Assembly: GCA_030045175.1 (NCBI GenBank) | Contig: JASIBM010000468.1 | Coordinates: 1-54,725, forward strand | Origin: Streptosporangiaceae bacterium | GTDB lineage: Bacteria; Actinomycetota; Actinomycetes; Streptosporangiales; Streptosporangiaceae | Direction: 5' to 3' | Length of the DNA: 54,725 nt | In this document: piece after piece, positions 8,177-17,780 of the stretch | Position numbering within the stretch: position 1 is the first letter of the stretch | Layout of the letters: the number at the start of each line of letters is the position of its first letter | Notes under the pieces: generated by a model | What the model was told of the DNA's origin: nothing | Database searches by the model: none | The model's input: only the letters and a program-made list of their open reading frames with translations | Translations under genes and position numbers: made by a program

Positions 8177-8351
8177 TTCGCTCTTTCCCCCTATATGATC
8201 ACGATGCGTGGCCTCGCTTGCTCATACGGTTATTAAGGCAGGCGAGCATGTATTACCACATGTTGATTGCATCGCGGTCATCTACCAGCGCTCTACCATT
8301 TCTCTTCCGATGACGCGAAGAGCCCGGAACGACGTGCGGGCCGCAGCGCTG

Positions 8352-9311
8352 TCAGCCGGTAGCGGCCAGGATGTCGATGACGAACACCAGCGTGTCGGTG
8401 CCCTTGATGCCGACCGACGGCTGCCCGGCCTTGCCATAGCCATCGGCCGGGGGCACCACGAGCATTACCCTGCTGCCCACCGGGACCCCGACGAGGCCGG
8501 TCTTCCACGCCGTGATGACGTTGTCCAGCGGGAACGAGGTCGGCGGCGCACCCGGCTGAGCCTTCGTCGGCCAGTCGTTGTTGAACTCCTTGCCCGTTCG
8601 CCAGATTGAGCCGATGTACCTCGTGACGAGCGTTTGCCCTGCCTTCACCGCCGGGCCGGTGCCCTTGATCAGCGTGGTCACCACCAGGCTGGTCGGCGGG
8701 GCCTTCTTGGGGAACGTCAGGCTCGGCGCCTGGCCCGGTGTCGCCTTGACCGTGGGCAGCGCGCCTCCGCCGTTGCTGACCTGCTTGCCCGACGCGCTCG
8801 TCGTCGGCGTGAACGCCTCGGTCGGGTCGATGACCCAGACCATCGTGTCCGTGGGCTTCACGCCGAGTTGCGGCTGGCCCTGCTTCCCGTAGCCGTACTT
8901 GGGCGGCACGACAGCGAGCTCGCGGCTGCCGATCCGCGCACCGGTCATGGCTCGCTGCAGGCCAGTAAGCCCGAGATTGACCGGAAGAAGCTGCGGGCCC
9001 GTCGCGTAGGTGGAATAGATCAGCTTGTGGGTGGAGCCGCGCCAGACGAAGACGTCGAAGTTCGCGAGGTAGGAATCCAACGCGGTCAGGGCGGCGCCGT
9101 GCCCCGCCGTCACGGTCTTGGTGACCAGCGAGCCGCTCGCCGGCTCGGCGGGGATCTTGACGGTGGGCGCCTTGCCCACGGCGCCGGCGACTGTGACCGA
9201 CTTGTTGGGGTTGGCAGGCGTGGCGGACGAGCACCCCGCCAGCGCGATGCCGACGGCTAGCACGGTGCCGACGGCGGGCGGGGTGAGGAGCGCAGCGGTC
9301 AGGCGTCGCAT
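8352..9311 (-). CDS. FKBP-type peptidyl-prolyl isomerase lipoprotein (two FKBP domains)
   Basis: The signal peptide has a lipobox (IALAGCSS). Two repeated FKBP-like segments are present (VTRYIGSIWRTGKEFNNDW... and DVFVWRGSTHKLIYSTY...). Confidence 0.8.
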   Translation of the reverse strand: MRRLTAALLTPPAVGTVLAVGIALAGCSSATPANPNKSVTVAGAVGKAPTVKIPAEPASGSLVTKTVTAGHGAALTALDSYLANFDVFVWRGSTHKLIYSTYATGPQLLPVNLGLTGLQRAMTGARIGSRELAVVPPKYGYGKQGQPQLGVKPTDTMVWVIDPTEAFTPTTSASGKQVSNGGGALPTVKATPGQAPSLTFPKKAPPTSLVVTTLIKGTGPAVKAGQTLVTRYIGSIWRTGKEFNNDWPTKAQPGAPPTSFPLDNVITAWKTGLVGVPVGSRVMLVVPPADGYGKAGQPSVGIKGTDTLVFVIDILAATG

Positions 9312-9544
9312 GAGATTTCCCTGATTCGGCGTGAGACTTCGGTTTCGTGGCGCGGCTAGCTTAGCGGACCGGCCTTGGCTGGCTGGCCCGGACCGGGGGT
9401 CTCAGATCCGGTAACCAGGCGTTGTGCGCAATTTTCCATGTTTAACTGTTTTCCAGGAATTAATCAGATATTTTACCTTCGATCAGGCCCCGCGACAGGC
9501 GCTCAGCGCCCAGTAGCCCGGCGTGTACCGGCGTTAGGCAGGTC

Positions 9545-10582
9545 TTGAGGCTAGTCACCGCGCATCGCACGACAGGCAAGTCCAGGAGGGCAGCACGCCA
9601 CGCGGCGCCAGGGCAGGCCCCGGCCCGGGTCAGGCGAGCGGGCCTGGTGGCCACCGTGGCCATGCTCGCGGGCGGCCTGGTCGCCGTCGTCGCGGCCTTC
9701 GCGGGCGGCATGGTCGCGACGCCGCTGCCCGGCCAGTCAGCCAGCCCGGTGGCCACCGACGCCATCAGCAGCGTCAGCCGCGCGGGCCTGGCTAGCCCTG
9801 GCTACCCGGACAAGATCAGCGGTAGTACCGTCGCGGCCCGCTCGCGGCCGGCGAAGCCGGCCAGCAAGGCCAGGACACGGCGGCCCGAGCGCCCGGCAGC
9901 CCGTCCCGCCGCCCGGTCGGGCGGGCACCATGTCGCGCGTCATGTCGCGCGCACCTGGTGGGAAGAGCGCCAGGTCGCGCGCCACACCACACGGACCTGG
10001 TGGGAAGAGCGCCAGGTCGCGCGTCATGTCGCACGGGCCTGGTGGGAGGACCACCTGATCGCGCGTCATGTCGCCGGAGCCTGGCCGGGTAAGCGCCCGG
10101 TCACCCGCCGCGCCGCCGTCGCCAAGCGCGCCAGCTCCAGTCCAGGCAAGAGCACCACGGCCAGCACGCTGCATTGCTCCGGGTCGAGCGCGATGCTCCC
10201 GGAGAACTACGTGACCATCGTGAGCTTCCTGATCAAGCACGGGTACACCAGGCTCGCGGCCGCCGGGATCGCGGGGAACATCTGGCAGGAATCCCAGGGC
10301 AACCCCGAGGCGGTGGGCTCCGGCGGCGGCGGCCTGATCGGGTTCACGCCGCTGCCCGCTGGCTACGTCACGGGCAACCCGGCAGTGGACCTGCAGACGC
10401 AACTCGATGCCATCTTGACCTACAACGAGCAGTGGGCGCAGTACATCCCGGCGCTGAACGCCGCGACCAGCGCGACGCAGGCCGCGGATATCTACATGAA
10501 CGACTTCGAGCGCCCCGGCATCCCGGCCGCGGCCAACCGGGAGGCGGCAGCGGTCGCTGTCGCCGGCGCCTGCGGGTTCTAG
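9545..10582 (+). CDS. Secreted or membrane-anchored cell-wall hydrolase-like protein (C-terminal phage-tail-lysozyme/transglycosylase-like domain)
   Basis: Basic N-region plus a hydrophobic anchor (LVATVAMLAGGLVAVVAAFAGG). The C-terminal domain contains AAAGIAGNIWQESQGNPEAVGSGGGGLIGFTP...AADIYMNDFERPG. The 9545 start is TTG and is uncertain. Confidence 0.65.
   Translation: MRLVTAHRTTGKSRRAARHAAPGQAPARVRRAGLVATVAMLAGGLVAVVAAFAGGMVATPLPGQSASPVATDAISSVSRAGLASPGYPDKISGSTVAARSRPAKPASKARTRRPERPAARPAARSGGHHVARHVARTWWEERQVARHTTRTWWEERQVARHVARAWWEDHLIARHVAGAWPGKRPVTRRAAVAKRASSSPGKSTTASTLHCSGSSAMLPENYVTIVSFLIKHGYTRLAAAGIAGNIWQESQGNPEAVGSGGGGLIGFTPLPAGYVTGNPAVDLQTQLDAILTYNEQWAQYIPALNAATSATQAADIYMNDFERPGIPAAANREAAAVAVAGACGF
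9953..10078 (+). repeat. 3 x 42-nt in-frame tandem repeat encoding (T/A)WWEE(R/D)xxARHxxx
   Basis: Units are 9953-9994, 9995-10036 and 10037-10078, with partial copies on both flanks (9929-9952 and 10079-10090). Confidence 0.9.
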
Positions 10583-10681
10583 CGCGCCACCGCTGGCGGC
10601 AGCCGTCGGCGGGCAGCCGCGACCGGAACAATGGCAGCCCTGTCGGCTCAACCTTTTGACCGGCGGCGTCGTTAGCTGAGT

Positions 10682-11209
10682 ATGCGGACGCGGGACGCCA
10701 GGACCTCCTTCGAGGAGTTCGTGCTGGCTCGCTCGGGCAGCCTGCTGCGGACCGCGCTGCTGCTCACGGGGCAGAACCGGGCCGAGGCCGAGGACCTGCT
10801 GCAGCTGGCGCTCGAGCGCGCCTACCGGCACTGGGCGCGGGTGCACGCCGCTGGCGATCCCGAACGGTACGTGCGCCGGATACTCGCCAACGCCTCCGCC
10901 GATCGCTGGCGGCGGCTGGCCCGCAGGCCGGAGCAGCCGCTTCCGGCCGGTGACGCTGGCCCGTCCACGCCGGACCTCTCGGCCGAGGTCGCCGAGCGCG
11001 ACTTCCTGCTCAGGGCGCTGGCGCAACTGCCGCCGCGCCAGCGGGCCGTGATGGTGCTGCGGTACTTCGACGACATGACAGAAGCCGAGATCGCCGACGT
11101 GCTCGGCTGCAGCGTCGGCACGGTCAAAAGCCAGGTAGCGCGGGCGCTCGCGCGGCTGCGAGACGCGACCGAGCCGCGGGCCACGGCGAGCCGGGGCGCG
11201 GGAGGCTGA
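10682..11209 (+). CDS. ECF-type sigma-70 family RNA polymerase sigma factor
   Basis: 175 aa. Region 2 is like DLLQLALERAYRHWARV. Region 4 is like LPPRQRAVMVLRYFDDMTEAEIADVLGCSVGTVKSQVARALARLR. Confidence 0.85.
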   Translation: MRTRDARTSFEEFVLARSGSLLRTALLLTGQNRAEAEDLLQLALERAYRHWARVHAAGDPERYVRRILANASADRWRRLARRPEQPLPAGDAGPSTPDLSAEVAERDFLLRALAQLPPRQRAVMVLRYFDDMTEAEIADVLGCSVGTVKSQVARALARLRDATEPRATASRGAGG

Positions 11210-11210
11210 C

Positions 11211-12461
11211 ATGATTGAGCTTGAGCAGAAGCTGCGCGCCGCGATGCACGCGGCCGTCGGTGACGAGCAACCACCTCGCGACCTGACCGCGCGGGTGCTC
11301 AGGCGGCACCGCCGCCGCACCGCGGTGGTCGCATCGCTGAGCGTGGCGGCGAGCGCCGCCGTAGTCATCGCGGTGCTGCTCGCTGCCCTGCCCTCGCGCG
11401 GCGGCGCGCCGGTCGGCCCCCGCTCCGGCCCGTCCCCGCAGGGGCTGGGCCACCCCACCTCGAAGCTGCGCGGTGCCGCCATGCCGCCAGGCAGCGACGT
11501 GCGCCTGCTGGTGGACGGCCCTTCCCAGACAGGGTGGTACTCCACCGCGACGCGCCAGATCGTGCAGATCGCTGGCCTGCCTCCGACGTCGATCGGCTAC
11601 GGCATCAGGCGCATCGACGGAGGTTATATCGCCCGCGCAGCCATCGCCGGGTCCGCCTGCTGCGACCAGAGGCCGGTCTACTACGTGGCCGACGGCGCGA
11701 AGACCGCCACCGGCGTCGGCCTCGCGGCCGCCGCGGCGCCGGCCAGCGTCGCCGGCGCCGTCTGGCTGACCTACCATCCGCGCCACGGTCCGTCCCGTGC
11801 GCAGCTGACCGGCCTCGACGGCCGGCCAATCGGCGCGCCGGTGACGCTGCCCGCCGGCAAGTCCGCTGTCATGGCCGGAGTCGGCAGCTACCTGCTACTC
11901 TCCCCGCTGGGCGATCTCGTCCCTGGGACGCGGGAAAGGCTCTGGGATCCTGCGTCCCGGCGGGTGATCCGCACCTTCGGGCAGGTCGACGCCATCGGCC
12001 CGGAGCAGATCGCGTGGGGCGGGGCCTGCGTCGGCTGCCCGGTGCACGTGCTCGACGTGCGGACGGGCGCCACCTTCAGCATCGCCATCCCGCGCGGGTC
12101 ACGGGTGTTCGTCGACGGCACGCTCGGCTCTGATGAGTGGTTCAGCTCTGACGGAACGCTGCTCGCCGTCAAGCTGACCCACGGCGCCTACCGGCACATG
12201 CTCGCCGGTTCCGAGCAGCTCGCCGTGATCGACCTCGCGACCAGGCGCCTGGTCATGCTGCCCGGCGTGGACATCGGCTCGGGGACCTCCATGTTCCTCG
12301 GCTTCGGCTGGCAGCCGGGTACCCACCGGCTCGTGGTGATACTGCGCCCCCTTAACCCGCACGCCGCGACCCAGGTCGGGTACTGGCAGCCGGGAGCGGC
12401 CCGGCTACGGATAACCACGGCCCGCCTGCCGCCCAGGGTGTGGGCGATACTCGTTCAGTAA
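11211..12461 (+). CDS. Single-pass membrane protein, putative anti-sigma/partner of the ECF sigma
   Basis: It starts 1 nt after the sigma gene stop. There is a short cytoplasmic N-terminus, one TM (VVASLSVAASAAVVIAVLLAAL) and a ~350-aa extracytoplasmic domain. The function is inferred from position only. Confidence 0.5.
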   Translation: MIELEQKLRAAMHAAVGDEQPPRDLTARVLRRHRRRTAVVASLSVAASAAVVIAVLLAALPSRGGAPVGPRSGPSPQGLGHPTSKLRGAAMPPGSDVRLLVDGPSQTGWYSTATRQIVQIAGLPPTSIGYGIRRIDGGYIARAAIAGSACCDQRPVYYVADGAKTATGVGLAAAAAPASVAGAVWLTYHPRHGPSRAQLTGLDGRPIGAPVTLPAGKSAVMAGVGSYLLLSPLGDLVPGTRERLWDPASRRVIRTFGQVDAIGPEQIAWGGACVGCPVHVLDVRTGATFSIAIPRGSRVFVDGTLGSDEWFSSDGTLLAVKLTHGAYRHMLAGSEQLAVIDLATRRLVMLPGVDIGSGTSMFLGFGWQPGTHRLVVILRPLNPHAATQVGYWQPGAARLRITTARLPPRVWAILVQ

Positions 12462-12487
12462 CGCCGCGAGCACCGGCCGCCGGTCCG

Positions 12488-13846
12488 CTACATTCCCGCG
12501 ATCAGCTTCTCGACCCGCTCGTCCACCGAGCGGAACGGGTCCTTGCACAGCACGGTGCGCTGCGCCTGGTCGTTCAGCTTCAGGTGCACCCAGTCGACCG
12601 TGAAGTCGCGGCGCCGTTCCTGCGCGCGCCTGATGAAGTCACCGCGCAGCCGGGCCCTGGTGGTCTGCGGCGGCACCGACTTGGCCTCGAAGATCGCCAG
12701 GTCGCGGCAGACCCGCTCGACGGCGCCGCGCTTTTGCAGCAGGTAGTACAGGCCGCGGCCGCGGTGCACGTCGTGGTAAGCGAGGTCGAGCTGAGCGACC
12801 CGGGGCGAGGAAAGCGGCAGGTCATGCTTGGCCCGGTAGCGCTCGATGAGCTGGTACTTGGTCACCCAGTCGATCTCACGGGAGACCAGGTCGAAGTCGC
12901 CGGTCTCGACCGCCCCGACGGCGCGTTCCCACAGCTCGAGCACCCGGCCCGTGACCGCGTCGCGGCCCCGCGCGTCGATGAAGGCGCGCGCCTTGGCCAG
13001 GTACTCCTGCTGGATCTCAAGCGCGCTCATCTCCCGCCCGCTGGCCAGCCTGATCTTTCTCCGGCCCGTCATGTCGTGGCTGACGTCCCTGATCGCCCTG
13101 ATCGGGTTCTCCAGGGTGAGGTCGCGCATCACGGTGCCGGCCTCGACCATCCGCAGCACCAGGTCGGTCGCGCCGACCTTGAGCAGCATGGTGGTCTCGC
13201 TCATGTTCGAGTCGCCGACGATGACGTGCAGCCGCCTGAACCGCTCCGCGTCCGCGTGCGGCTCGTCGCGCGTGTTGATGATGGGCCTGGACCTGGTCGT
13301 GGCCGACGAGACGCCCTCCCAGATGTGCTCGGCGCGCTGGCTCACGCAGTAGACCGCGCCGCGCGGGGTCTGCAGCACCTTGCCGGCGCCGCAGATGATC
13401 TGCCTGGTGACCAGGAACGGTATCAAGATGTCGGCCAGCCTGCCGAACTCGCCGTGCCTGGCGACGAGGTAGTTCTCGTGGCAGCCGTACGAGTTCCCTG
13501 CCGAGTCCGTGTTGTTCTTGAACAGGTAGATGTCCCCCGCGATGCCTTCTTCCCGCAGCCTGCGGTCGGCGTCGACGAGCAGCCCCTCAAGGATCCGCTC
13601 GCCGGCCTTGTCGTGGGTGACCAGGTCGGTCAGGCTGTCGCACTCGGGGGTGGCGTACTCGGGGTGGCTTCCGACATCGAGGTACAGGCGCGCGCCGTTG
13701 CGCAGGAACACGTTGCTGCTCCGGCCCCAGGACACCACGCGGCGGAACAAGTACCTGGCCACCTCGTCCGGGGACAGCCGTCGCTGCCCGCGGAACGTGC
13801 ACGTGACGCCGTACTCGTTCTCCAGCCCGAAGATTCGCCTGTCCAC
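12488..13846 (-). CDS. pafA: Pup--protein ligase PafA
   Basis: GTG start at 13844-13846 gives [16 protein letters not shown]...HPEYATPEC...NSYGCHENY, 452 aa. The 686-aa track ORF reads through into the upstream gene in the same frame. Confidence 0.92.
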   Translation of the reverse strand: MDRRIFGLENEYGVTCTFRGQRRLSPDEVARYLFRRVVSWGRSSNVFLRNGARLYLDVGSHPEYATPECDSLTDLVTHDKAGERILEGLLVDADRRLREEGIAGDIYLFKNNTDSAGNSYGCHENYLVARHGEFGRLADILIPFLVTRQIICGAGKVLQTPRGAVYCVSQRAEHIWEGVSSATTRSRPIINTRDEPHADAERFRRLHVIVGDSNMSETTMLLKVGATDLVLRMVEAGTVMRDLTLENPIRAIRDVSHDMTGRRKIRLASGREMSALEIQQEYLAKARAFIDARGRDAVTGRVLELWERAVGAVETGDFDLVSREIDWVTKYQLIERYRAKHDLPLSSPRVAQLDLAYHDVHRGRGLYYLLQKRGAVERVCRDLAIFEAKSVPPQTTRARLRGDFIRRAQERRRDFTVDWVHLKLNDQAQRTVLCKDPFRSVDERVEKLIAGM

Positions 13847-13851
13847 GGTCG

Positions 13852-15282
13852 CTACCAGTCCACGGCGATGTACTTGGCCTCGGTGAACTCGAGCAGCCCC
13901 TGGTGACCGCCTTCCCTGCCCAGGCCGGACTGCTTGACCCCGCCAAACGGCGCGGCCGGGTCGCTGACCACTCCGCGGTTGATGCCGACCATGCCTGCCT
14001 CGAGCGCCTCGGCCACGGCGAGCGCGCGGCGCAGGTCGGCGGTGTACAGGTAGGACACCAGGCCGTACTCGGTGTGGTTGGCCATCGCGATCGCCTCGTC
14101 GGTGCCGGTGAACCTGACGATGGGCGCGACCGGGCCGAAGATCTCCACGCCCAGGATGCCAGCCGTCGGCGGCACGTGGTCGATCACGGTCGGCGTGTAG
14201 AAGTAGCCGCGCCGGTCCGGCGCCTGACCGCCGGTGACCACCCGGCCGCCGTCCCTGGTGGCCGCCTCGACCAGGGTGGCCACCTTGGTCCTGGTGTCGG
14301 CGTTGACGAGCGGGCCGAGGTCGGTGCCGTCGTCCAGGCCAGGCCCGACGTGGAGCGCGGCCAGCCTGGCCGCGAACTTCGCCGTGAACTCGTCGGCGAC
14401 GGCCTCGTGCACGAAGAACCTGTTGGCGGCCGTGCACGCCTCGCCACCGTTGCGCATCTTGGCGATCATCGCACCGTCCACGGCCGAGTCCACGTCGGCG
14501 TCGGCGAATACCAGGAACGGGGCATTGCCGCCAAGCTCCATCGAGCACTTGGTGACCGTGTCGGCGGCCGTGTGCAGCAGCTGCCTGCCCACCTCGGTCG
14601 AGCCGGTGAAGGAGAGCTTGCGCACCCGCGGGTCAGCCAGCATGGCCCCGACGACCGGCCCGGGCGCGGCCGTCGGCAGCACGTTGACCACCCCGTCGGG
14701 CACCCCGGCCTCAGCCAGGATGGCGGCGACGGCGAGCGCGGAAAGCGGAGTCTCCTTGGCGGGCTTCAGCACCACGGTGCAGCCGGCCGCGAGCGCCGGC
14801 CCGATCTTGCGGGTGGCCATCGCGGCCGGGAAGTTCCACGGCGTCACGAGCACGCTGACGCCCACCGGCTGGTACTGCACCAGGATCCGGTTGGCCCCCG
14901 ACGGCGCGGTCGTGACCGTGCCATCGATCCGCACCGCCTCCTCGGCGTACCAGCGGAAGAACTCAGCGGCGTAGGTGACCTCGGCACGGGCGTCTCGCAG
15001 CGCCTTGCCGTTCTCCAGCACCATCAGCCTGGCCAGCGCCTCGGTGTCGGCGATCATGAGCTCGTAAGCCCGGCGCAGGCACTCGCCGCGCGTGCGGGGC
15101 GCGGTCGCTGCCCAGCCGGGCAGGGCCCGGTGGGCGGCGTCTACCGCGTCGATCGCGTCAGCGGCGGTCGCCGCGGCGACCTCGGTGATCGGATCCTCTG
15201 TCGCCGGGTCGATGACCGGCAGGGAGCCGGCCCGCCCGGCCGACCACTGACCTCCGATCAGCAGCTCGGTCGGCGCGCTCAT
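13852..15282 (-). CDS. gabD: NAD(P)+-dependent succinate-semialdehyde dehydrogenase (aldehyde dehydrogenase family)
   Basis: [40 protein letters not shown] closely matches the GabD core. ELGGNAP and the catalytic Cys region (GEACTAANR) are present. Start chosen at [13 protein letters not shown] (CAT 15280-15282). Confidence 0.75.
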   Translation of the reverse strand: MSAPTELLIGGQWSAGRAGSLPVIDPATEDPITEVAAATAADAIDAVDAAHRALPGWAATAPRTRGECLRRAYELMIADTEALARLMVLENGKALRDARAEVTYAAEFFRWYAEEAVRIDGTVTTAPSGANRILVQYQPVGVSVLVTPWNFPAAMATRKIGPALAAGCTVVLKPAKETPLSALAVAAILAEAGVPDGVVNVLPTAAPGPVVGAMLADPRVRKLSFTGSTEVGRQLLHTAADTVTKCSMELGGNAPFLVFADADVDSAVDGAMIAKMRNGGEACTAANRFFVHEAVADEFTAKFAARLAALHVGPGLDDGTDLGPLVNADTRTKVATLVEAATRDGGRVVTGGQAPDRRGYFYTPTVIDHVPPTAGILGVEIFGPVAPIVRFTGTDEAIAMANHTEYGLVSYLYTADLRRALAVAEALEAGMVGINRGVVSDPAAPFGGVKQSGLGREGGHQGLLEFTEAKYIAVDW

Positions 15283-15430
15283 GCCGGTGATGCTCGCCAG
15301 GTCAACAGCCACGATCTCCTCCGATGTCAAGACGTAAGCTGAGGCTATCAACGGCGCACTCATACCCTGGCAGAGCCGCCGTCAACTGAGCCGCCGTAAA
15401 CCTGAGCCGCCGGCCCCGGTCAGGCGGACT

Positions 15431-15454
15431 CGCCGGCCTTGCGCTCGGCCGGCG
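15431..15454 (-). terminator. GC hairpin (cgccggcc-ttgcgctc-ggccggcg) downstream of prcA
   Basis: 8-bp perfect stem about 50 nt after the prcA stop. The arms have the same sequence as the 6620-6640 hairpin. Confidence 0.35.
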
Positions 15455-15506
15455 CCGGAGCCAGGCCAGGCGATCATCGGCGGTCCCGGCGCTCGCCGCT
15501 CGCTCG

Positions 15507-16361
15507 TCAGCTCGCTGGCGCGTCGTCACCGCCGTCCGCAGGCTCCTGGCCGGCTGGCTCGCCGGCGGGCGGCTGGCTGGCCTGCGCCGCCTCCGTTCCC
15601 GCCGTCTTCTTGGCCTTGCCTGCGCCACCCGGCTGGCTCACGCCCTGCTGCCGCGTCCCGGCCGGAACCGCCTCGGTGAGCAGGGTCTCCAGGCGGCTGC
15701 CCGTCAGCCGGCGGAACGTCCTGTGCACCTTGCTGCGATCGAGCACGGCCACCTCAAGCTGGCTGGCCTGGATCTCGATCCGGTCCCCGTTGGCCTGCGC
15801 CGCGAGGCCCGCGATGGCGGCGGCCAGCGCCCGCGACAGCGTGGCGCCCTCTGCGTACTGGTCCTTGAGCACCGTGGTGATCTTCTCGGCCTGGCCGCCC
15901 ATCGCGACGTAGCCGTGCTCGTCGTTGACCGATCCGTCGAAGGTGATCCGGTAGATCTGGTCCTCGGCCAGAACCTCGGCCACCTCGGCGACAACGATCT
16001 CGACTTCGAACGGCTTGGGGCTGTCGGTGAAGATCGTGCCGAGCGTCTGGGCGTACCAGTTGGCCAGCCCGCGCGCCGTCACGTCCTGGCGGTCGTACTG
16101 GAAGCCAGTCATGTCCGCGTACCTGACGCCTGCCTTGCGCAAGATCTCGTACTCGTTGTACCTGCCCACGGCGGCGAAGGCGATCCTGTCGTAGATCTCG
16201 CTGATCTTGTGCAGCGCTCGCGAGGGGTTAGGCGCGACGAACAGTATCCCGGCGTCGTACTGGATCACGACCCCGCTGCGGCCCCGCGCGATGCCCTTGC
16301 GCGCGTAGTCCGCCTTATCCTTCATCGCCTGTTCAGGCGACACGTAGAACGGCATCGTCAC
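15507..16361 (-). CDS. prcA: Proteasome alpha subunit
   Basis: MTMPFYVSPEQAMKDKADYARKGIARGRS is the canonical PrcA N-terminus. 284 aa with an acidic/Pro-rich tail. Confidence 0.93.
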   Translation of the reverse strand: MTMPFYVSPEQAMKDKADYARKGIARGRSGVVIQYDAGILFVAPNPSRALHKISEIYDRIAFAAVGRYNEYEILRKAGVRYADMTGFQYDRQDVTARGLANWYAQTLGTIFTDSPKPFEVEIVVAEVAEVLAEDQIYRITFDGSVNDEHGYVAMGGQAEKITTVLKDQYAEGATLSRALAAAIAGLAAQANGDRIEIQASQLEVAVLDRSKVHRTFRRLTGSRLETLLTEAVPAGTRQQGVSQPGGAGKAKKTAGTEAAQASQPPAGEPAGQEPADGGDDAPAS

Positions 16362-16441
16362 CGCTGGCGCTTCCTCACTTCACTTGTGTCGGAGGGCTAA
16401 GCCGGGCCGGCTCCGCCGTGCCCGCGCGTGGGGTCGCCCGC

Positions 16442-17335
16442 TTACTCCGTCAATGCCTGGCGCAGCGCCGAGCTCGGGCCGTCCGGCAGGCTCATCCTGC
16501 CCGACAGCACCGACTGGGCGTACGAGCCTGCCTCCTCATCGGTCAGCCGGTGATAGCCGTCGGCAGTCACGGTGACGACGACCGGGTAGATCCGCCTGGT
16601 CATGTCGGGCCCCCCGGTCGCTGAGTCGTCGTCGGCCGCGTCGTAGAGCGCCTGCATGCAGGCCAGGATCGCGTCAGAGGGCCCCATCTGGTCGACGTAC
16701 AGCTTCTTCAGCGACCCGCGGGCGAATACCGAGCCCGAGCCAATCGAGTGGAACCTGTGCTCTTCGTAACGGCCGCCAGCGACGTCGTAGCTGAAGATCC
16801 GGCCCACACCCTCGTCAGTGTCATAACCAGCGAAGATCGGCACCACCACCAGCCCTTGCATGGCACCGCCCAGGTTCGCGCGGACGATCCCGGCCAGCCG
16901 GTTGGCCTTACCTTCCAGTGACAGTTCCCTGCCCTCAAGCTTCTCGTAGTGCTCGAGCTCAACCTGGAAGAGCCGCACAAGCTCGATGCCGATGCCAGCC
17001 ACCCCGGCGATCCCGATGCAGGAGTACTCGTCGCTGCGGAACACCTTTTCGATGTCCCGCTGGGAAATCATGTTCCCGGCGGTCGCCCGGCGGTCGCCCG
17101 CCATCACGACGCCGCCGTTGAACGCGGCGGCCACGATCGTGGTCCCGTGCGGCAGGCCGGCGACGATGCCGGCCGCCACCTCGACGCCGCCGCCGCCAGG
17201 GAGCAGCTCCGGCGCGATCGTGGTAAGGAAATCAGCGAACGAAGACGTCCCCGCGGTCATGAACGGGGCGGTCATCAACCGGGCGGCAGGGTCATAACCC
17301 AAGGCGGTCCCTTCCTCGTGCGCACCATACGCCAC
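16442..17335 (-). CDS. prcB: Proteasome beta subunit (with propeptide)
   Basis: A propeptide is followed by the [26 protein letters not shown] Thr-1 active-site context. Confidence 0.93.
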   Translation of the reverse strand: MAYGAHEEGTALGYDPAARLMTAPFMTAGTSSFADFLTTIAPELLPGGGGVEVAAGIVAGLPHGTTIVAAAFNGGVVMAGDRRATAGNMISQRDIEKVFRSDEYSCIGIAGVAGIGIELVRLFQVELEHYEKLEGRELSLEGKANRLAGIVRANLGGAMQGLVVVPIFAGYDTDEGVGRIFSYDVAGGRYEEHRFHSIGSGSVFARGSLKKLYVDQMGPSDAILACMQALYDAADDDSATGGPDMTRRIYPVVVTVTADGYHRLTDEEAGSYAQSVLSGRMSLPDGPSSALRQALTE

Positions 17336-17383
17336 CGACCTTACTGCGATGGCGCCGTCTGCGGCAGATCATCGGCGTGGCCG

Positions 17384-17593
17384 TCACTGCCCGCCCTTCT
17401 GCACATATGACCGGACGAATTCCTCGGCGTTCTCCTCGAGCACCTCATCGATTTCGTCGAGGATCGCGTCCACGTCGTCGGCTAGCTTCTCCCGGCGCTC
17501 CTCACCTTCCTTGGTGCTCTGGTCCTGCTCGTCCTGCTCGTCCTGACCCCGCCGGGTGGTATGCCGCTGTCCCCCGGTGTCCTTCGTCGCCAT
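17384..17593 (-). CDS. pup: Prokaryotic ubiquitin-like protein Pup
   Basis: 69 aa, acidic and disordered. It ends DEIDEVLEENAEEFVRSYVQKGGQ (a GGQ terminus that requires Dop deamidation). Confidence 0.95.
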   Translation of the reverse strand: MATKDTGGQRHTTRRGQDEQDEQDQSTKEGEERREKLADDVDAILDEIDEVLEENAEEFVRSYVQKGGQ

Positions 17594-17780
17594 CCGAACC
17601 TCCGCTTCGTCGGCGTCCGCCTACTTAAACCTATCCTGGCCACCGCGCAGACAAGCTAATCACGGCGTTCGGACACCGTGGCCGGCGTCAGCGCCGGCCC
17701 GACGGCGATTCCTGGCCGAGCCAGCCCGCCGGGGCGCCGCGCCCATGCCACCCGCCACTTGCTGTGGTGTCAGGTGCCAG

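Noticed and set aside
6605-8351. Calling the low-GC islet (and the 17876-20823 cassette) a mobile element
   Set aside because: I could find no integrase, transposase, terminal inverted repeats, flanking direct repeats or tRNA target. Horizontal origin is suggested only by composition and broken synteny, so no mobile_element feature is reported.
9312-9544. A possible cyclic-di-AMP (ydaO-type) riboswitch or other leader upstream of the cell-wall hydrolase-like gene, including an AT-rich patch at 9421-9480
   Set aside because: I could not recognise the conserved ydaO core segments by eye. The AT-rich patch is more simply a promoter region for the divergent FKBP and hydrolase genes. A cmsearch would be needed to settle this.
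9953-10078. Regularly spaced repeats here (and at 50787-50885, 54213-54287 and 17781-17826) considered as CRISPR arrays
   Set aside because: The units are directly abutting, with no spacers. Three of the four are in frame within coding sequences. No cas genes are present.
12488-14548. 686-aa ORF suggesting a giant PafA fusion
   Set aside because: The N-terminal 234 aa are an out-of-frame read through the aldehyde dehydrogenase gene. The PafA homology begins exactly at GTG 13846 ([13 protein letters not shown]).
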